DNA of 63,065 nucleotides, filler included. It is 6 parts of 6 records of this genome, joined end to end, with 100 filler letters (N's around TTAATTAATTAA, not from the genome) between each part and the next. Parts side by side here need not be neighbours in the genome. Positions count along the whole stretch, not along the records: positions 1 to 20,320 come from SRR2962707_2191; positions 20,421 to 38,568 come from SRR2962707_2194; 4 more parts are not named here. One strand, given 5' to 3'. Positions 19,068 through 29,013 of this stretch are shown in pieces. The notes beneath the pieces are model-generated. The model worked only from the letters and a program-made list of their open reading frames with translations. It was not told the origin of the DNA and searched no databases. Position 1 is the stretch's first letter. The number at the start of each line of letters is the position of its first letter. The position numbers and the translations under genes were made by a program.

Positions 19068-19670
19068 TCAAGGATCAGTAGCAGCCACGGCCGGAACTGC
19101 CCTGCCGGAATAGGTCTTCCAGATCCGCCAGGCTTCAAGTGCTGCAAGCGGCACGAAATGCACCAGAGCCGGGCCGAGATTGTTGTTCACAAAAATCCAG
19201 TGCAGCAGGGTCAACACCGCGGCCGGATAGACAAACCGCTGCAGTTTCTTCCAGCCCGCCAGCAGCCAGCGCTGCGATGCGGCATTGCTGGTCAGACCCA
19301 GCGGCACGAAGATGGCAAACGCAATCCAGCCGGTCCAGATCCCCAGTTCCGTGAACTCGGCAAGCATCGGCGCAAGAGCGCCCTCGTCCATGACGTACAA
19401 GACCAGGTGCAGCACCGCATAGAGGAAGGCAGCCACGCCAAGCGCGCGTCTGCGCCGCATCATCCAGTTGAGCCAGCCCGCCTTGGGAAAGATCATCCGC
19501 AACGGCGTGATCATCATCGCGATGATCATGAAGCGGGCAGAGAATTCACCGGTTGGATGCAGCAGCCCCTCGGCGACACCCGGATCGGACACCAGCGAGA
19601 TCAGCATTGGAATGGCCGGCAGCGCAAGAAGAGCCCAAAACAGATAAGGCGATGAAAAAATGCGTCTCAC
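19068..19670 (-). CDS. MsrQ/YedZ-like heme-binding membrane protein (ferric-reductase-like TM domain)
   Basis: HPTGE, ITPLR, RRRALGVAAFLYAVLH, PLGLTSN, WKKLQRFVY..LLH. GTG start at 19670 with AAGGA RBS. Confidence 0.85.
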   Translation of the reverse strand: MRRIFSSPYLFWALLALPAIPMLISLVSDPGVAEGLLHPTGEFSARFMIIAMMITPLRMIFPKAGWLNWMMRRRRALGVAAFLYAVLHLVLYVMDEGALAPMLAEFTELGIWTGWIAFAIFVPLGLTSNAASQRWLLAGWKKLQRFVYPAAVLTLLHWIFVNNNLGPALVHFVPLAALEAWRIWKTYSGRAVPAVAATDP

Positions 19671-19826
19671 GAGGAAAATCCTTGTTGGTGTGGCTCCCGA
19701 CATAGACCCGCAGGCAGACCGTTCCAAGTTAAACTCTGGTAATGCAAACGGCGCCAGTGCTTTCGCGCTGACGCCGGATCTCTGATGGGCACGCCGAAGC
19801 CGCCCACCATGTTGTTGCATTCAAGC

Positions 19827-20320
19827 CTAGTGCTTGAACTTGCGGATTTCACCGGCCTTGAGCCGTGAGGCGTAGGAAGTCAGCTCCTTCTTCACCAGTC
19901 CCATCAGGAAGTAGAGGCAGAAGATGTTCACCACGGCCATGGCAAAGATCGCGGCATCGGAGAAGTCGATAACCGGACCAAGGCTTGCTGCCGCACCGAT
20001 AACGATGAACACGCAGAAGATGACCTTGAAGGTCAGTTCCGAGTTCTTGCCTTCACCAAACAGGTAGGTCCAGCTCTTCAGCCCGTAATAAGACCAGGAG
20101 ATCATGGTCGAGAAAGCAAACAGCACCACCGCGATTGCCAGCACATAAGGGAACCAGCTGATGGCTGACCCGAATGCCGCCGAGGTCAACGCAACACCGC
20201 TGACATCGCCAACAGTCGCGATCGACGTACCGGCTTCGTTGAGCACATAGAGCCCGGTTGCCTGATCAACGATCAACTGCTGCGAAATGGTGATGACCAG
20301 AGCGGTCATCGTGCAGATCA
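19827..20320 (-). CDS. Alanine/glycine:cation symporter (AGCS family), 5' truncated
   Basis: [32 protein letters not shown]...MAVVN. Confidence 0.88.
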
Positions 20321-20420
20321 NNNNNNNNNNNNNNNNNNNNNNNNNNNNNNNNNNNNNNNNNNNNTTAATTAATTAANNNNNNNNNNNNNNNNNNNNNNNN
20401 NNNNNNNNNNNNNNNNNNNN
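20321..20420. other. Artificial contig spacer
   Basis: N44-TTAATTAATTAA-N44 (stops in all six frames). Confidence 0.99.
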
Positions 20421-20985
20421 GCTTTTGCCGGAAAACTTCTCGATGGAAGTCATCATGCGGATGCTGCGCATGGAAGCCGTGCAGAAGGAAATCCTCGATC
20501 ACGTGGAACGCACGCTCAGAACGGAATTCATGACCAACCTGGCTCGGACCGCACGCCGCGACAGCCACGAGTTGATGGCAGATATCTTCAACAACCTCGA
20601 CCGCAACACCGAGAACCGCTTCATGACCGCCCTTGAAGAGCGCAACCGTGAATCGGCCGAGCGCATCAAGCAGCTCATGTTCACCTTCGACGATCTGGTC
20701 CGCGTCGACGCCAGCGGCATCCAGCTTCTGCTGCGTCAGGTCGAGAAGGATCAGCTTGCCGTGGCCCTCAAGGGGTCCTCCGAAGAGGTCAAGGAACTGT
20801 TCTTCGCCAACATGTCGGAACGTGCCGGCAAGATGATGAAGGAAGACATGGACGCCATGGGCGCTGTCCGCCTGAAGGACGTCGACGAGGCGCAGTCCGG
20901 CATCGTCCAGACCGCCAAAGCCCTGTCCGATGCAGGCGAAATCGTCATCGCCGGTTCCGACGAGGAAAGCGAGCTGGTCTATTGA
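20421..20985 (+). CDS. fliG: Flagellar motor switch protein FliG (5' truncated)
   Basis: [39 protein letters not shown]. Confidence 0.95.
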
Positions 20986-21064
20986 TCACGCCGTCTGCCC
21001 AGTCCCCTAGCCTCATACATTTCATCGCAGCTTTTGAGCCGCCGATGCCATGCGGGGTGCGGGT

Positions 21065-22381
21065 ATGAGCACCGTCACCAAATTCACTTTCGATCTCGAT
21101 TTCGATGCCCCCGAGGAACCGGAGGTCGAAAAGGTCGAGGAAGAGGAAGAAGAGCCGGAAGAAATCATTCCGACTTTTTCCGAAGAAGAACTCGAACAGG
21201 CCCGTGCCGAAGGCTTTGAAGCGGGCAAGGAAGAAGGCCGCCGCGAAGCCGCCGACGCAACCGAGCAAAAACTGCTCGAGACGGTCGAGGCCGCGTGCGC
21301 AAAACTTTCCGACATCTATAACACACAAACCGAGGCTAACCGAGACATTGCGCGTGAGATGATCTCCGTATCGACGGCGATCTCCAAGAAAATGTTCCCC
21401 GATCTCAATGCCCGGAATGCCCTGGGCGAGGTCGAACGCGTGGTTCAGGAAACCCTCAAGGCTGTCACCGAAGAGCCCCGCATCCAAATCATGGTCAATC
21501 CGGATCTCCGCGAACCACTGACCGAACGGCTCGGCACGATGACCCACCGCGCCGGCTTTGAAGGAAAGGTCTTCGTCAATCCGGACCCGTCCATGGCGCT
21601 CGGTGACTGCCGCATCGAATGGTCGAACGGCGCGGCCGTCCGCGACGGCGAAGAGCTGTGGGAGATGATCGACAAGATCATCGAACACAATCTGCACGGC
21701 CCGGTCGATATCGATCCTGAAGACGACATGGAGAGCGCTGCCGATACAGATCGAAGCGAGACGCCATCCGCACCGGCGGAGTCCAAATCGGAACAGGCAC
21801 CGGCGACGCCGGAACCGGTTCAATCCGAGCCGGATTTTGACGGCACTGCCGATGATACGGCTGAATATGAAGAAGCCGCTGAAAGCCCGGAACCGCAAGA
21901 AGAGCCTGAATCTCAGGCTGAAACGGATTCTGCCGAGACGGATACGGCCTCCGACAGTCCGAGCTGGGAGGATGTGATGAGCGAATCGCAGCCCCCCGAA
22001 CAGGCGGGCATGGCGGATGATGGCCCTGAAACGGCGGAAGCAGCAGAAAACGACGATGACGCTGCCACCGAGGAAGCATCCGAAACTGCCGCCGAAGCGC
22101 CTTCGTTCACGCCAAGCCTGGATGATGACGATGCAACAGGCGAAGATCAAAATTCGCAGCCGGAACAATCATTTACGGAAGAAGAACGGGAAGCCCCCGT
22201 GCCCCATATCGATGATCTGGACACTGCAGATGAGACAGCTGCAGCCGAAGCCCCGGACGGCGATGCCCCGGCGGCACCGATCAGCGACCCCGATCCCGTG
22301 TCGCCGGCGACCCAAGCCGCTATACTCGACGCGCAAAGCACGATGAATGATGAAGACGATCGTGATCCCTCTGGTGGATAA
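21065..22381 (+). CDS. fliH: Flagellar assembly protein FliH with a long acidic C-terminal tail
   Basis: KFTFDLDF, ARAEGFEAGKEEG, EPRIQIMVNP, GDCRIEWSNG; lies between fliG and fliN; ATG at 21065. Confidence 0.88.
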   Translation: MSTVTKFTFDLDFDAPEEPEVEKVEEEEEEPEEIIPTFSEEELEQARAEGFEAGKEEGRREAADATEQKLLETVEAACAKLSDIYNTQTEANRDIAREMISVSTAISKKMFPDLNARNALGEVERVVQETLKAVTEEPRIQIMVNPDLREPLTERLGTMTHRAGFEGKVFVNPDPSMALGDCRIEWSNGAAVRDGEELWEMIDKIIEHNLHGPVDIDPEDDMESAADTDRSETPSAPAESKSEQAPATPEPVQSEPDFDGTADDTAEYEEAAESPEPQEEPESQAETDSAETDTASDSPSWEDVMSESQPPEQAGMADDGPETAEAAENDDDAATEEASETAAEAPSFTPSLDDDDATGEDQNSQPEQSFTEEEREAPVPHIDDLDTADETAAAEAPDGDAPAAPISDPDPVSPATQAAILDAQSTMNDEDDRDPSGG

Positions 22382-22401
22382 ACCGGAACAGGAGAAAGTA
22401 C

Positions 22402-22794
22402 ATGGCTGAAAACGAAGAAGGCGGCCTCAATCTCGCCGATCTGGATGAAACCGAAGACGCCCCGGCGCAAAAACCGGCAGAGAATGAGGACAACGAGGAT
22501 TCCATCGGCTCGGCAATGACTGACATGGGCGATCTGCCCAGAAGCGCCAAGGACCTCGAAGCCGTATACGATATTCCCGTGCAGGTTTCCGCCGTGCTCG
22601 GCAAGACGACCATGCCCGTCAGCAATCTCTTGAAACTGGGCCGAGGCGCCGTTGTCGAACTGGACCGCAAGGTCGGCGAAGCCATCGACATCTATGTGAA
22701 CAACCGGCTCGTCGCCCGCGGCGAGGTCGTAGTGGTGGAAGACCGCCTGGGTGTGACAATGACGGAAATCATCAAAACCGACCGCGCAAACTAG
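22402..22794 (+). CDS. fliN: Flagellar motor switch protein FliN
   Basis: DIPVQVSAVLG..LLKLGRGAVVELDRKVGEAIDIYVNNRLVARGEVVVV. Confidence 0.96.
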   Translation: MAENEEGGLNLADLDETEDAPAQKPAENEDNEDSIGSAMTDMGDLPRSAKDLEAVYDIPVQVSAVLGKTTMPVSNLLKLGRGAVVELDRKVGEAIDIYVNNRLVARGEVVVVEDRLGVTMTEIIKTDRAN

Positions 22795-22812
22795 AACGCG
22801 GAGAGGACTTTC

Positions 22813-23619
22813 ATGGCGGACGAGCATATCCAGAGCGCCGGCGGCACAACGATCGACCTGGCAACGGTCATCGGCCTGATTTCAGGCTTTGCGATGATCA
22901 TTGCCGCGATTGTGCTGGGCGGTGCGCCGGAGAGCTTCATCAACCCGCCGTCGATCCTGATCGTCATTGGCGGCACGCTTGCCATCACCACCGTCTGCTT
23001 CAGTTTTGGCGACATGGCGAAAACCCTGTCCGTCGCCGGACGCGCGATGCTGCACAGCACGCAGCAACCTTATGACGCCGCCTACAAGGCTCTACAGGTT
23101 GCGGAAATCGCCCGCAAACAGGGTGTTCTCGCCCTTCAGAATGTTGTCGAAGATATCCGCGATGAGCCGTTTTTCCACAAAGGCATCCTGATGGTGATCG
23201 ACGGCACGCCGGGTGAAGAAGTCGAACTCATCATGCGCCGTGATCTGCAGTCGATGGTCCAGCGCCACCGCCAGAGCGCTAGCATTCTGCGCAAGATGGC
23301 CGAATTTTCACCGGCCATGGGGCTGATCGGCACCCTGATCGGGCTGGTCCAGATGCTCGGCAACCTGCAGGACCCGACCACCATCGGCCCGGCCATGGCG
23401 GTCGCCCTGCTGACAACCTTTTACGGTGCCGTATTGGCGAACATGGTGTTTCTGCCGCTGGCGTCCAAGCTTGAACGCAACTCCAGCGAAGAAGCGATGA
23501 TCCAACAAATATTCCTGCTGAGTTCGGCATCCATCGGCCGGCAGGAAAATCCGCGACGACTGGAAATGCTGTTGAACAGCATTCTGCCGCCGTCGGAACG
23601 TATTCAGTATTTCGACTAA
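22813..23619 (+). CDS. motA: Flagellar stator A subunit (MotA/PomA)
   Basis: DLATVIG, SILIVIGGT, ARKQGVLAL, PAMGLIGTLIGLVQML, GPAMAVALLTTFYG. Confidence 0.93.
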   Translation: MADEHIQSAGGTTIDLATVIGLISGFAMIIAAIVLGGAPESFINPPSILIVIGGTLAITTVCFSFGDMAKTLSVAGRAMLHSTQQPYDAAYKALQVAEIARKQGVLALQNVVEDIRDEPFFHKGILMVIDGTPGEEVELIMRRDLQSMVQRHRQSASILRKMAEFSPAMGLIGTLIGLVQMLGNLQDPTTIGPAMAVALLTTFYGAVLANMVFLPLASKLERNSSEEAMIQQIFLLSSASIGRQENPRRLEMLLNSILPPSERIQYFD

Positions 23620-23646
23620 CGAAGAACCCTGGGACACACACGCGCT

Positions 23647-24987
23647 ATGCAACTCATTATTGTCGGAACCCTGGACGGACAGATCGGCGCAGCCAGCCAG
23701 ATCGCCATCAAGCGCGGCGCAAAGGTGGCGCAGGCCGATACCGTCGACGAAGGACTGGACCTGCTGCGCCGGACCGGTGCCGATCTGGTGATGATCGACG
23801 TCGCTCTTGATGTCGCGGTATTCATGAACGCCATCGACGCCGAACGCATCAACGTCCCGGTCGTCGCCTGTGGTGTGTCAAACGACACCCAGGCCGCCGT
23901 CCGCGCCGTCCGCGCCGGGGCCAAGGAATATGTTCCCCTGCCCCCGGATCCCGAACTGATCGCCGCCGTGCTCGAAGCCGTGACCGAAGATCAGCATGCG
24001 CTGATCTACAAGGACCCGAAGATGGGCGAGACCGTAAAGATGGCCTCGCAGATCGCACCATCCGAGGCCAGTGTGCTGATCACCGGCCCGTCCGGCACGG
24101 GTAAGGAAGTGCTGGCGCACTACCTGCACAGCAAATCCAAACGCCGCGACCGCCGCTTCGTTGCCGTCAACTGCGCCGCCATTCCGGAACAGCTTCTGGA
24201 GTCCGAACTGTTCGGGCATGAAAAAGGTGCCTTTACCGGCGCTGTTGCCCGGCGCATCGGTAAATTCGAGGAAGCCGACGGCGGCACGCTGCTGCTCGAC
24301 GAAATCAGCGAAATGGACGTGCGCCTGCAATCCAAGCTGTTGCGCGTCCTGCAGGAACGCGAACTGGACCGGATCGGGTCCAACAAGTCGATACAGGTCA
24401 ACGTCCGCATCATCGCCACGTCCAACCGCAACATGGAACAGGCCGTCAAGGACGGCCAGTTCCGCGAAGACCTGTATTTCCGTCTTAATGTCGTCAATCT
24501 GCGCCTGCCGGCGCTGGCCGAACGCCCGGGAGATATCATGCCACTTGCTGAACACTTTGCCGCCAAGTACGCCGATGCAAACGATGTTGCAAACAGGCCG
24601 ATCGCCGAAGACGCACGCCAGAAGCTCGTCGGATATCACTGGCCGGGCAACGTCCGCGAGCTTGAAAACACCATGCATCGCGCCGTACTGCTGGCCACAG
24701 GTGATGAAATCGACGCCCCCGCCATTCACCTGACATCCGGGGACAGCGGGGCAGGAAATGCATCCGGCACCGGCGATGACAGCAATCAGGCGCTGGTCGG
24801 ACGCACTGTTGCCGAGGTTGAACGTGAACTGATCATCGACACGTTGCAGCATTGCCTCGGCAATCGCACCCACGCCGCAAATATCCTCGGGATTTCGATC
24901 CGCACACTTCGTAACAAGCTCAAACAGTACGGCAGTGAAGGCTTCAACATTCCGTCGCCGGGCGATGCTTCGCAGCCCGGGGCATAA
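23647..24987 (+). CDS. flbD: Sigma-54-dependent flagellar activator FlbD
   Basis: Atypical receiver domain, GPSGTGKE, GAFTGA, WPGNVRELEN, Fis-type HTH; position upstream of flhA. Confidence 0.9.
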   Translation: MQLIIVGTLDGQIGAASQIAIKRGAKVAQADTVDEGLDLLRRTGADLVMIDVALDVAVFMNAIDAERINVPVVACGVSNDTQAAVRAVRAGAKEYVPLPPDPELIAAVLEAVTEDQHALIYKDPKMGETVKMASQIAPSEASVLITGPSGTGKEVLAHYLHSKSKRRDRRFVAVNCAAIPEQLLESELFGHEKGAFTGAVARRIGKFEEADGGTLLLDEISEMDVRLQSKLLRVLQERELDRIGSNKSIQVNVRIIATSNRNMEQAVKDGQFREDLYFRLNVVNLRLPALAERPGDIMPLAEHFAAKYADANDVANRPIAEDARQKLVGYHWPGNVRELENTMHRAVLLATGDEIDAPAIHLTSGDSGAGNASGTGDDSNQALVGRTVAEVERELIIDTLQHCLGNRTHAANILGISIRTLRNKLKQYGSEGFNIPSPGDASQPGA

Positions 24988-25044
24988 AGGCACATTACCG
25001 ACATGAACCGAGCCCGTGCGACAGACGCAAGAGGAACCCGTTAA

Positions 25045-27168
25045 ATGGCAGAAGCCGGCGGCGGCGACGTTACGGCATTCAATACCGGCGAATTTGTTCG
25101 CGCCCGCCTGACATCGGCGGCAAAGCGCGGCGACATCATGCTGGCGTTGGGTGTGGTAGCGATCCTTGTTGTGCTGATCCTGCCGATGCCGCGCTGGATG
25201 CTGGACTTTGCGCTGGCGTTCTCGATCACGTTTTCGGTGCTGATCCTGATGACGTCGCTGTTTGTTGAACGACCGCTCGATTTCAACGCATTCCCGACCA
25301 TTCTGCTGTTGGCGACGATGATACGATTGTCGCTGAACCTCGCCTCGACACGGCTCATCCTGTCGGACGGGCATGAGGGCACACATGCCGCCGGCCAGGT
25401 CATCGAAGCCTTCGGCGGGTTCGTCATGGGCGGCAATTTCGTCATCGGGATTATTGTTTTTGCCATTCTCGTAATCGTCAATTTCGTGGTCATCACCAAG
25501 GGCTCCGGGCGTATCGCGGAAGTTTCGGCACGGTTCTCACTGGATGCCATGCCCGGCAAGCAGATGGCCATAGACGCCGACCTCTCATCCGGGCTGATCG
25601 ACGAAGATACCGCCAAACAGCGCCGCAAGGACCTGGAAGAAGAAAGCTCGTTCTTCGGCGCCATGGACGGTGCCGCCAAGTTCGTACGCGGTGATGCGAT
25701 TGCCGGTCTTCTGATCACCTTCATCAACGTCATCGCCGGCATGATCATCGGCGTCGCCCAACAGGACATGTCGTTCGGGGCAGCGGCGGATACCTATACC
25801 CGGCTGACCGTCGGTGACGGCCTGGTATCGCAAATCCCGGCGCTGATCGTTTCAACCGCAGCCGGTCTGGTCGTGACCAAGGCCGGTGTTGCCGGCACAG
25901 CCGAAGTCGCCATCTTCAAACAGATGGGCGGCCAGCCCAAGGCACTGAGCCTTGTCTGCTTCCTGTTGCTGGCCCTGGCGATCCTGCCGGGGATCCCGGC
26001 ACTGCCGTTTTTGACGCTCGCCGCGATCTGCGGCGGTGGCGCCTATTTCGTCAACTGGCGCAACAAGACTGCTGAAGAAGAAGCCATCCGCAAGGTGGAA
26101 GACGAAAAAGTCGATCCCAAGGCGGTTGCCGAGGAGCCGATCTCGACGGCATTGAAGATCGATCATATCCGTCTTGAACTCGGTTACGGCCTGCTGACGC
26201 TGATCAACGCCCCCAAGGACGGTCAGAAACTGACCGATCAGATCAAGGCCCTGCGCCGCCAGCTTGCAGCCGAAGTCGGCTTCGTGATGCCGTCGGTGCG
26301 TATTCAGGACAACATGCAGCTTCCGGCCAACGTCTATGTCATCCGGATCAAGGAAATCGAAGCCGGGCGCGGCGAGCTCCGTCCGAATATGTTGCTGGTG
26401 ATGGACCCCCGCGGCGAGGAAATCTCGATCCCCGGGGAAAAAACCACCGAGCCGACGTTCGGTCTGCCCGCCATGTGGATCGAGGAATCAAGCCGCGAAG
26501 AAGCCCTGTTCCGCGGCTATACCGTGGTCGACCCGGCAACCGTCGTCACCACCAACATTACCGAGCTGATCAAGGACAACATGTCCGAACTGCTGTCCTA
26601 CTCGGAAACACAGAAGCTGCTTGATGAAATCGACAAGGATCACCAGCGGCTGGTGGCGGATATCATCCCGTCGCAGATTTCTCTGGGCGGTATTCAGCGC
26701 GTGCTTCAGAACCTGCTGGCTGAGCGGATATCGATCCGCGATCTGCCGACGATCCTCGAAGGTGTCTACGAAGCCTGCGGCAATACCCGCAACGTGATGA
26801 TGATTACCGAGCACGTTCGCGCCCGTCTGGCCCGCCAAATTTCCAACATGAACACCAATGATCAGGGCTTCATTCCGCTTGTGACCCTGTCGCCTGGCTG
26901 GGAACAGACTTTTGCCGAAAGCCTTGTCGGCCAGGGTGAAGACCGGCAGTTGTCGATGCCGCCCACCAAGCTGCAGGAATTCATCACCCAATTGCGCAAC
27001 ACTTTCGAACGCCAGGCCATGATGGGCGAACAGCCGGTGCTGCTGACAAGCCCGACAATCCGCCCCTTCGTGCGGTCCATCGTTGACCGGTTCCGTCCGA
27101 TGACGGTGGTCATGTCGCAAAACGAGATATACCCTAAGGCGAAGATAAAAACGGTCGGCCAGATTTAA
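25045..27168 (+). CDS. flhA: Flagellar export gate protein FlhA
   Basis: RIAEVSARFSLDAMPGKQMAIDADL, FFGAMDGAAKFVRGDAIAG, TVGDGLVSQIPAL. Confidence 0.97.
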   Translation: MAEAGGGDVTAFNTGEFVRARLTSAAKRGDIMLALGVVAILVVLILPMPRWMLDFALAFSITFSVLILMTSLFVERPLDFNAFPTILLLATMIRLSLNLASTRLILSDGHEGTHAAGQVIEAFGGFVMGGNFVIGIIVFAILVIVNFVVITKGSGRIAEVSARFSLDAMPGKQMAIDADLSSGLIDEDTAKQRRKDLEEESSFFGAMDGAAKFVRGDAIAGLLITFINVIAGMIIGVAQQDMSFGAAADTYTRLTVGDGLVSQIPALIVSTAAGLVVTKAGVAGTAEVAIFKQMGGQPKALSLVCFLLLALAILPGIPALPFLTLAAICGGGAYFVNWRNKTAEEEAIRKVEDEKVDPKAVAEEPISTALKIDHIRLELGYGLLTLINAPKDGQKLTDQIKALRRQLAAEVGFVMPSVRIQDNMQLPANVYVIRIKEIEAGRGELRPNMLLVMDPRGEEISIPGEKTTEPTFGLPAMWIEESSREEALFRGYTVVDPATVVTTNITELIKDNMSELLSYSETQKLLDEIDKDHQRLVADIIPSQISLGGIQRVLQNLLAERISIRDLPTILEGVYEACGNTRNVMMITEHVRARLARQISNMNTNDQGFIPLVTLSPGWEQTFAESLVGQGEDRQLSMPPTKLQEFITQLRNTFERQAMMGEQPVLLTSPTIRPFVRSIVDRFRPMTVVMSQNEIYPKAKIKTVGQI

Positions 27169-27207
27169 CGACGGCCACAGACGTCGGCCCAATGCCGGAA
27201 TGGATGC

Positions 27208-28209
27208 ATGCGCCTCAGAAACTACACCGCCCGAACAATGCCAGAAGCCATGGCGCTTGTCCGTGCCGATATGGGTGATGACGCCATCATTGTCTCCACG
27301 GAAGTGGGAACAGATGATCAGGCCTGCTGCGTCACCGCCGCCATCGAAGACGATTATGATATCACCGAAGACGTCAGCGAGCCGGATGAGGCCGCATCCC
27401 CTGCCATTCAGATGGACATGGAAACCCGGGGTTTGTATCTGCGCCAGGTGCTGACCGCGCACGGGCTGCCCCAGCACCTTTGCGAACAGATTCTCCGCGA
27501 CTGCGATCTTGTCGAAAATACCGACCCCGTGCTGGCCCTGGCCGCGGCCATCGACATGGGGGCGGGTTTTCAGCCGATCGACTTCGACAACCAGAAACGA
27601 CCGCTGATGCTGGCCGGCATGCCCGGCGCGGGGAAAACCATCACGGCGGCGAAACTGGCAGCGCATGCCCGCTTCGCCGGCAAGAGCGTCTTCATCGCCA
27701 GTACCGACGCCAAGCGCGCCGGCGGGGTCGAACAGCTTGCGGCCTTCACCCGGATCCTTGAACTCGATCTTGTGACGGCGCCGGGCGCTGAAGTGCTGGC
27801 CGGGCACATGGATGCCATCAGCAACGCCGAAGCAAGCATCATCGATACCGCCGGGGTCAATCCCTTCGATATGGATGACATGCAGTCACTAAGTGCTCTT
27901 GCGACAGCAATTGATGCCGAACTGGTGCTGGTGCTCGCCGCCGGGGCCGATGCCATGGAATCCGCGGACACCGCCCGTGCTTTCGCCGCCATCGGCGCCA
28001 GACGCATGGTGATCAGTCGTCTTGATATGACCCGACGGCTGGGCGGCATTCTCGCCGCTGCCCTGGCGGGGGGCGTCTCCATCGCCAATGTGAGTATTAA
28101 TCCGCAGGTCGCAGACGGTCTCAGCCGTCTGAACCCCGTTTCCCTTGCTCAACTGATGATCCCCGAGGGTGAACCCAGTGAGCCGATCCAGAAGAAGGCC
28201 GCGCAATGA
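27208..28209 (+). CDS. flhF: SRP-type GTPase FlhF
   Basis: MRLRNYTARTMPEAMALVRADMGDDAIIVS N-terminus; GMPGAGKT, DTAG, SRLD. Confidence 0.9.
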   Translation: MRLRNYTARTMPEAMALVRADMGDDAIIVSTEVGTDDQACCVTAAIEDDYDITEDVSEPDEAASPAIQMDMETRGLYLRQVLTAHGLPQHLCEQILRDCDLVENTDPVLALAAAIDMGAGFQPIDFDNQKRPLMLAGMPGAGKTITAAKLAAHARFAGKSVFIASTDAKRAGGVEQLAAFTRILELDLVTAPGAEVLAGHMDAISNAEASIIDTAGVNPFDMDDMQSLSALATAIDAELVLVLAAGADAMESADTARAFAAIGARRMVISRLDMTRRLGGILAAALAGGVSIANVSINPQVADGLSRLNPVSLAQLMIPEGEPSEPIQKKAAQ

Positions 28210-29006
28210 GCGATACGACGTCCCAAAAACCCCAGTCACCCGCCCGCAGCAAAGGCAACATCATTGCCGTCGCATCCGGTAAGGGCGGTGTCGGCAAGAC
28301 CTGGTTTTCGATCACGCTGGCGCATGCGCTGGCCATGGTCGATCGGCGGGTTCTGCTGTTTGATGGTGATCTCGGGCTGGCCAACCTGGACATTCAGCTC
28401 GGCCTGATGAGCAAGAACGATCTGGGGGGCGTGCTGGCCGGACGCATCAGCCTCGCGCAATCGGTCGGATATTGCGACGACGGCGGGTTCGACGTCATCG
28501 CCGGCCGTTCGGGCTCGGGTGCATTGGCCAATCTGGCCGGCAACCGCCTGCAATCCCTGCTGGACGAACTGGCCCTGCTCGCGGCCAGTTACGATTATGT
28601 CATTCTGGATCTGGGTGCCGGTGTCGAAAGCACGGTCCGCCGCCTTGCCTATGCCGCAGATCAGATCATTGTCGTCGTCACCGACGAACCGACATCCCTG
28701 ACCGATGGCTATGCCTTCATCAAGATCGCGCATAATGAACGTCCGGAAACCACGATCAAAGTCGTCACCAATATGGTCAACTCCACGACCGAGGGTGAGC
28801 GCACCTATAACACCCTCAACAAGGCCTGCATGGGATTCCTTAAATACTCGCCCGAGCATCTCGGCATTATCCGCCGCGACGACAAGGTCCGTTCGGCCAT
28901 CCGGGCACAGAAATCCCTGCTCAACCGCACCCCTGACAGCGTTGCCGCAGAAGACGTGAAGCAGATTGCCCGTATCATCCGGCGCGGCCCCGGCGGGGTA
29001 AGTTGA
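28206..29006 (+). CDS. flhG: MinD-like ATPase FlhG/FleN
   Basis: SGKGGVGKT, DGDLGLANLD, DLGAG, EPTSLTDGYAFIK; overlaps the flhF stop. Confidence 0.9.
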   Translation: MSDTTSQKPQSPARSKGNIIAVASGKGGVGKTWFSITLAHALAMVDRRVLLFDGDLGLANLDIQLGLMSKNDLGGVLAGRISLAQSVGYCDDGGFDVIAGRSGSGALANLAGNRLQSLLDELALLAASYDYVILDLGAGVESTVRRLAYAADQIIVVVTDEPTSLTDGYAFIKIAHNERPETTIKVVTNMVNSTTEGERTYNTLNKACMGFLKYSPEHLGIIRRDDKVRSAIRAQKSLLNRTPDSVAAEDVKQIARIIRRGPGGVS

Positions 29007-29013
29007 GGACACC

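Noticed and set aside
20365..20568. ORFs ending in XXX-LIN (also near 38613, 44844, 52020, 57812)
   Set aside because: Artefacts of translating across the spacers.
23647..24000. FlbD receiver domain lacking the acidic pocket and conserved Lys
   Set aside because: Atypical receivers are already known for alphaproteobacterial FlbD; not novel.
23878..27807. Long minus-strand ORFs (502 aa and 439 aa) and similar shadow ORFs across the bacterial contigs
   Set aside because: Antisense to flbD/flhA/flhF; expected in high-GC coding DNA.
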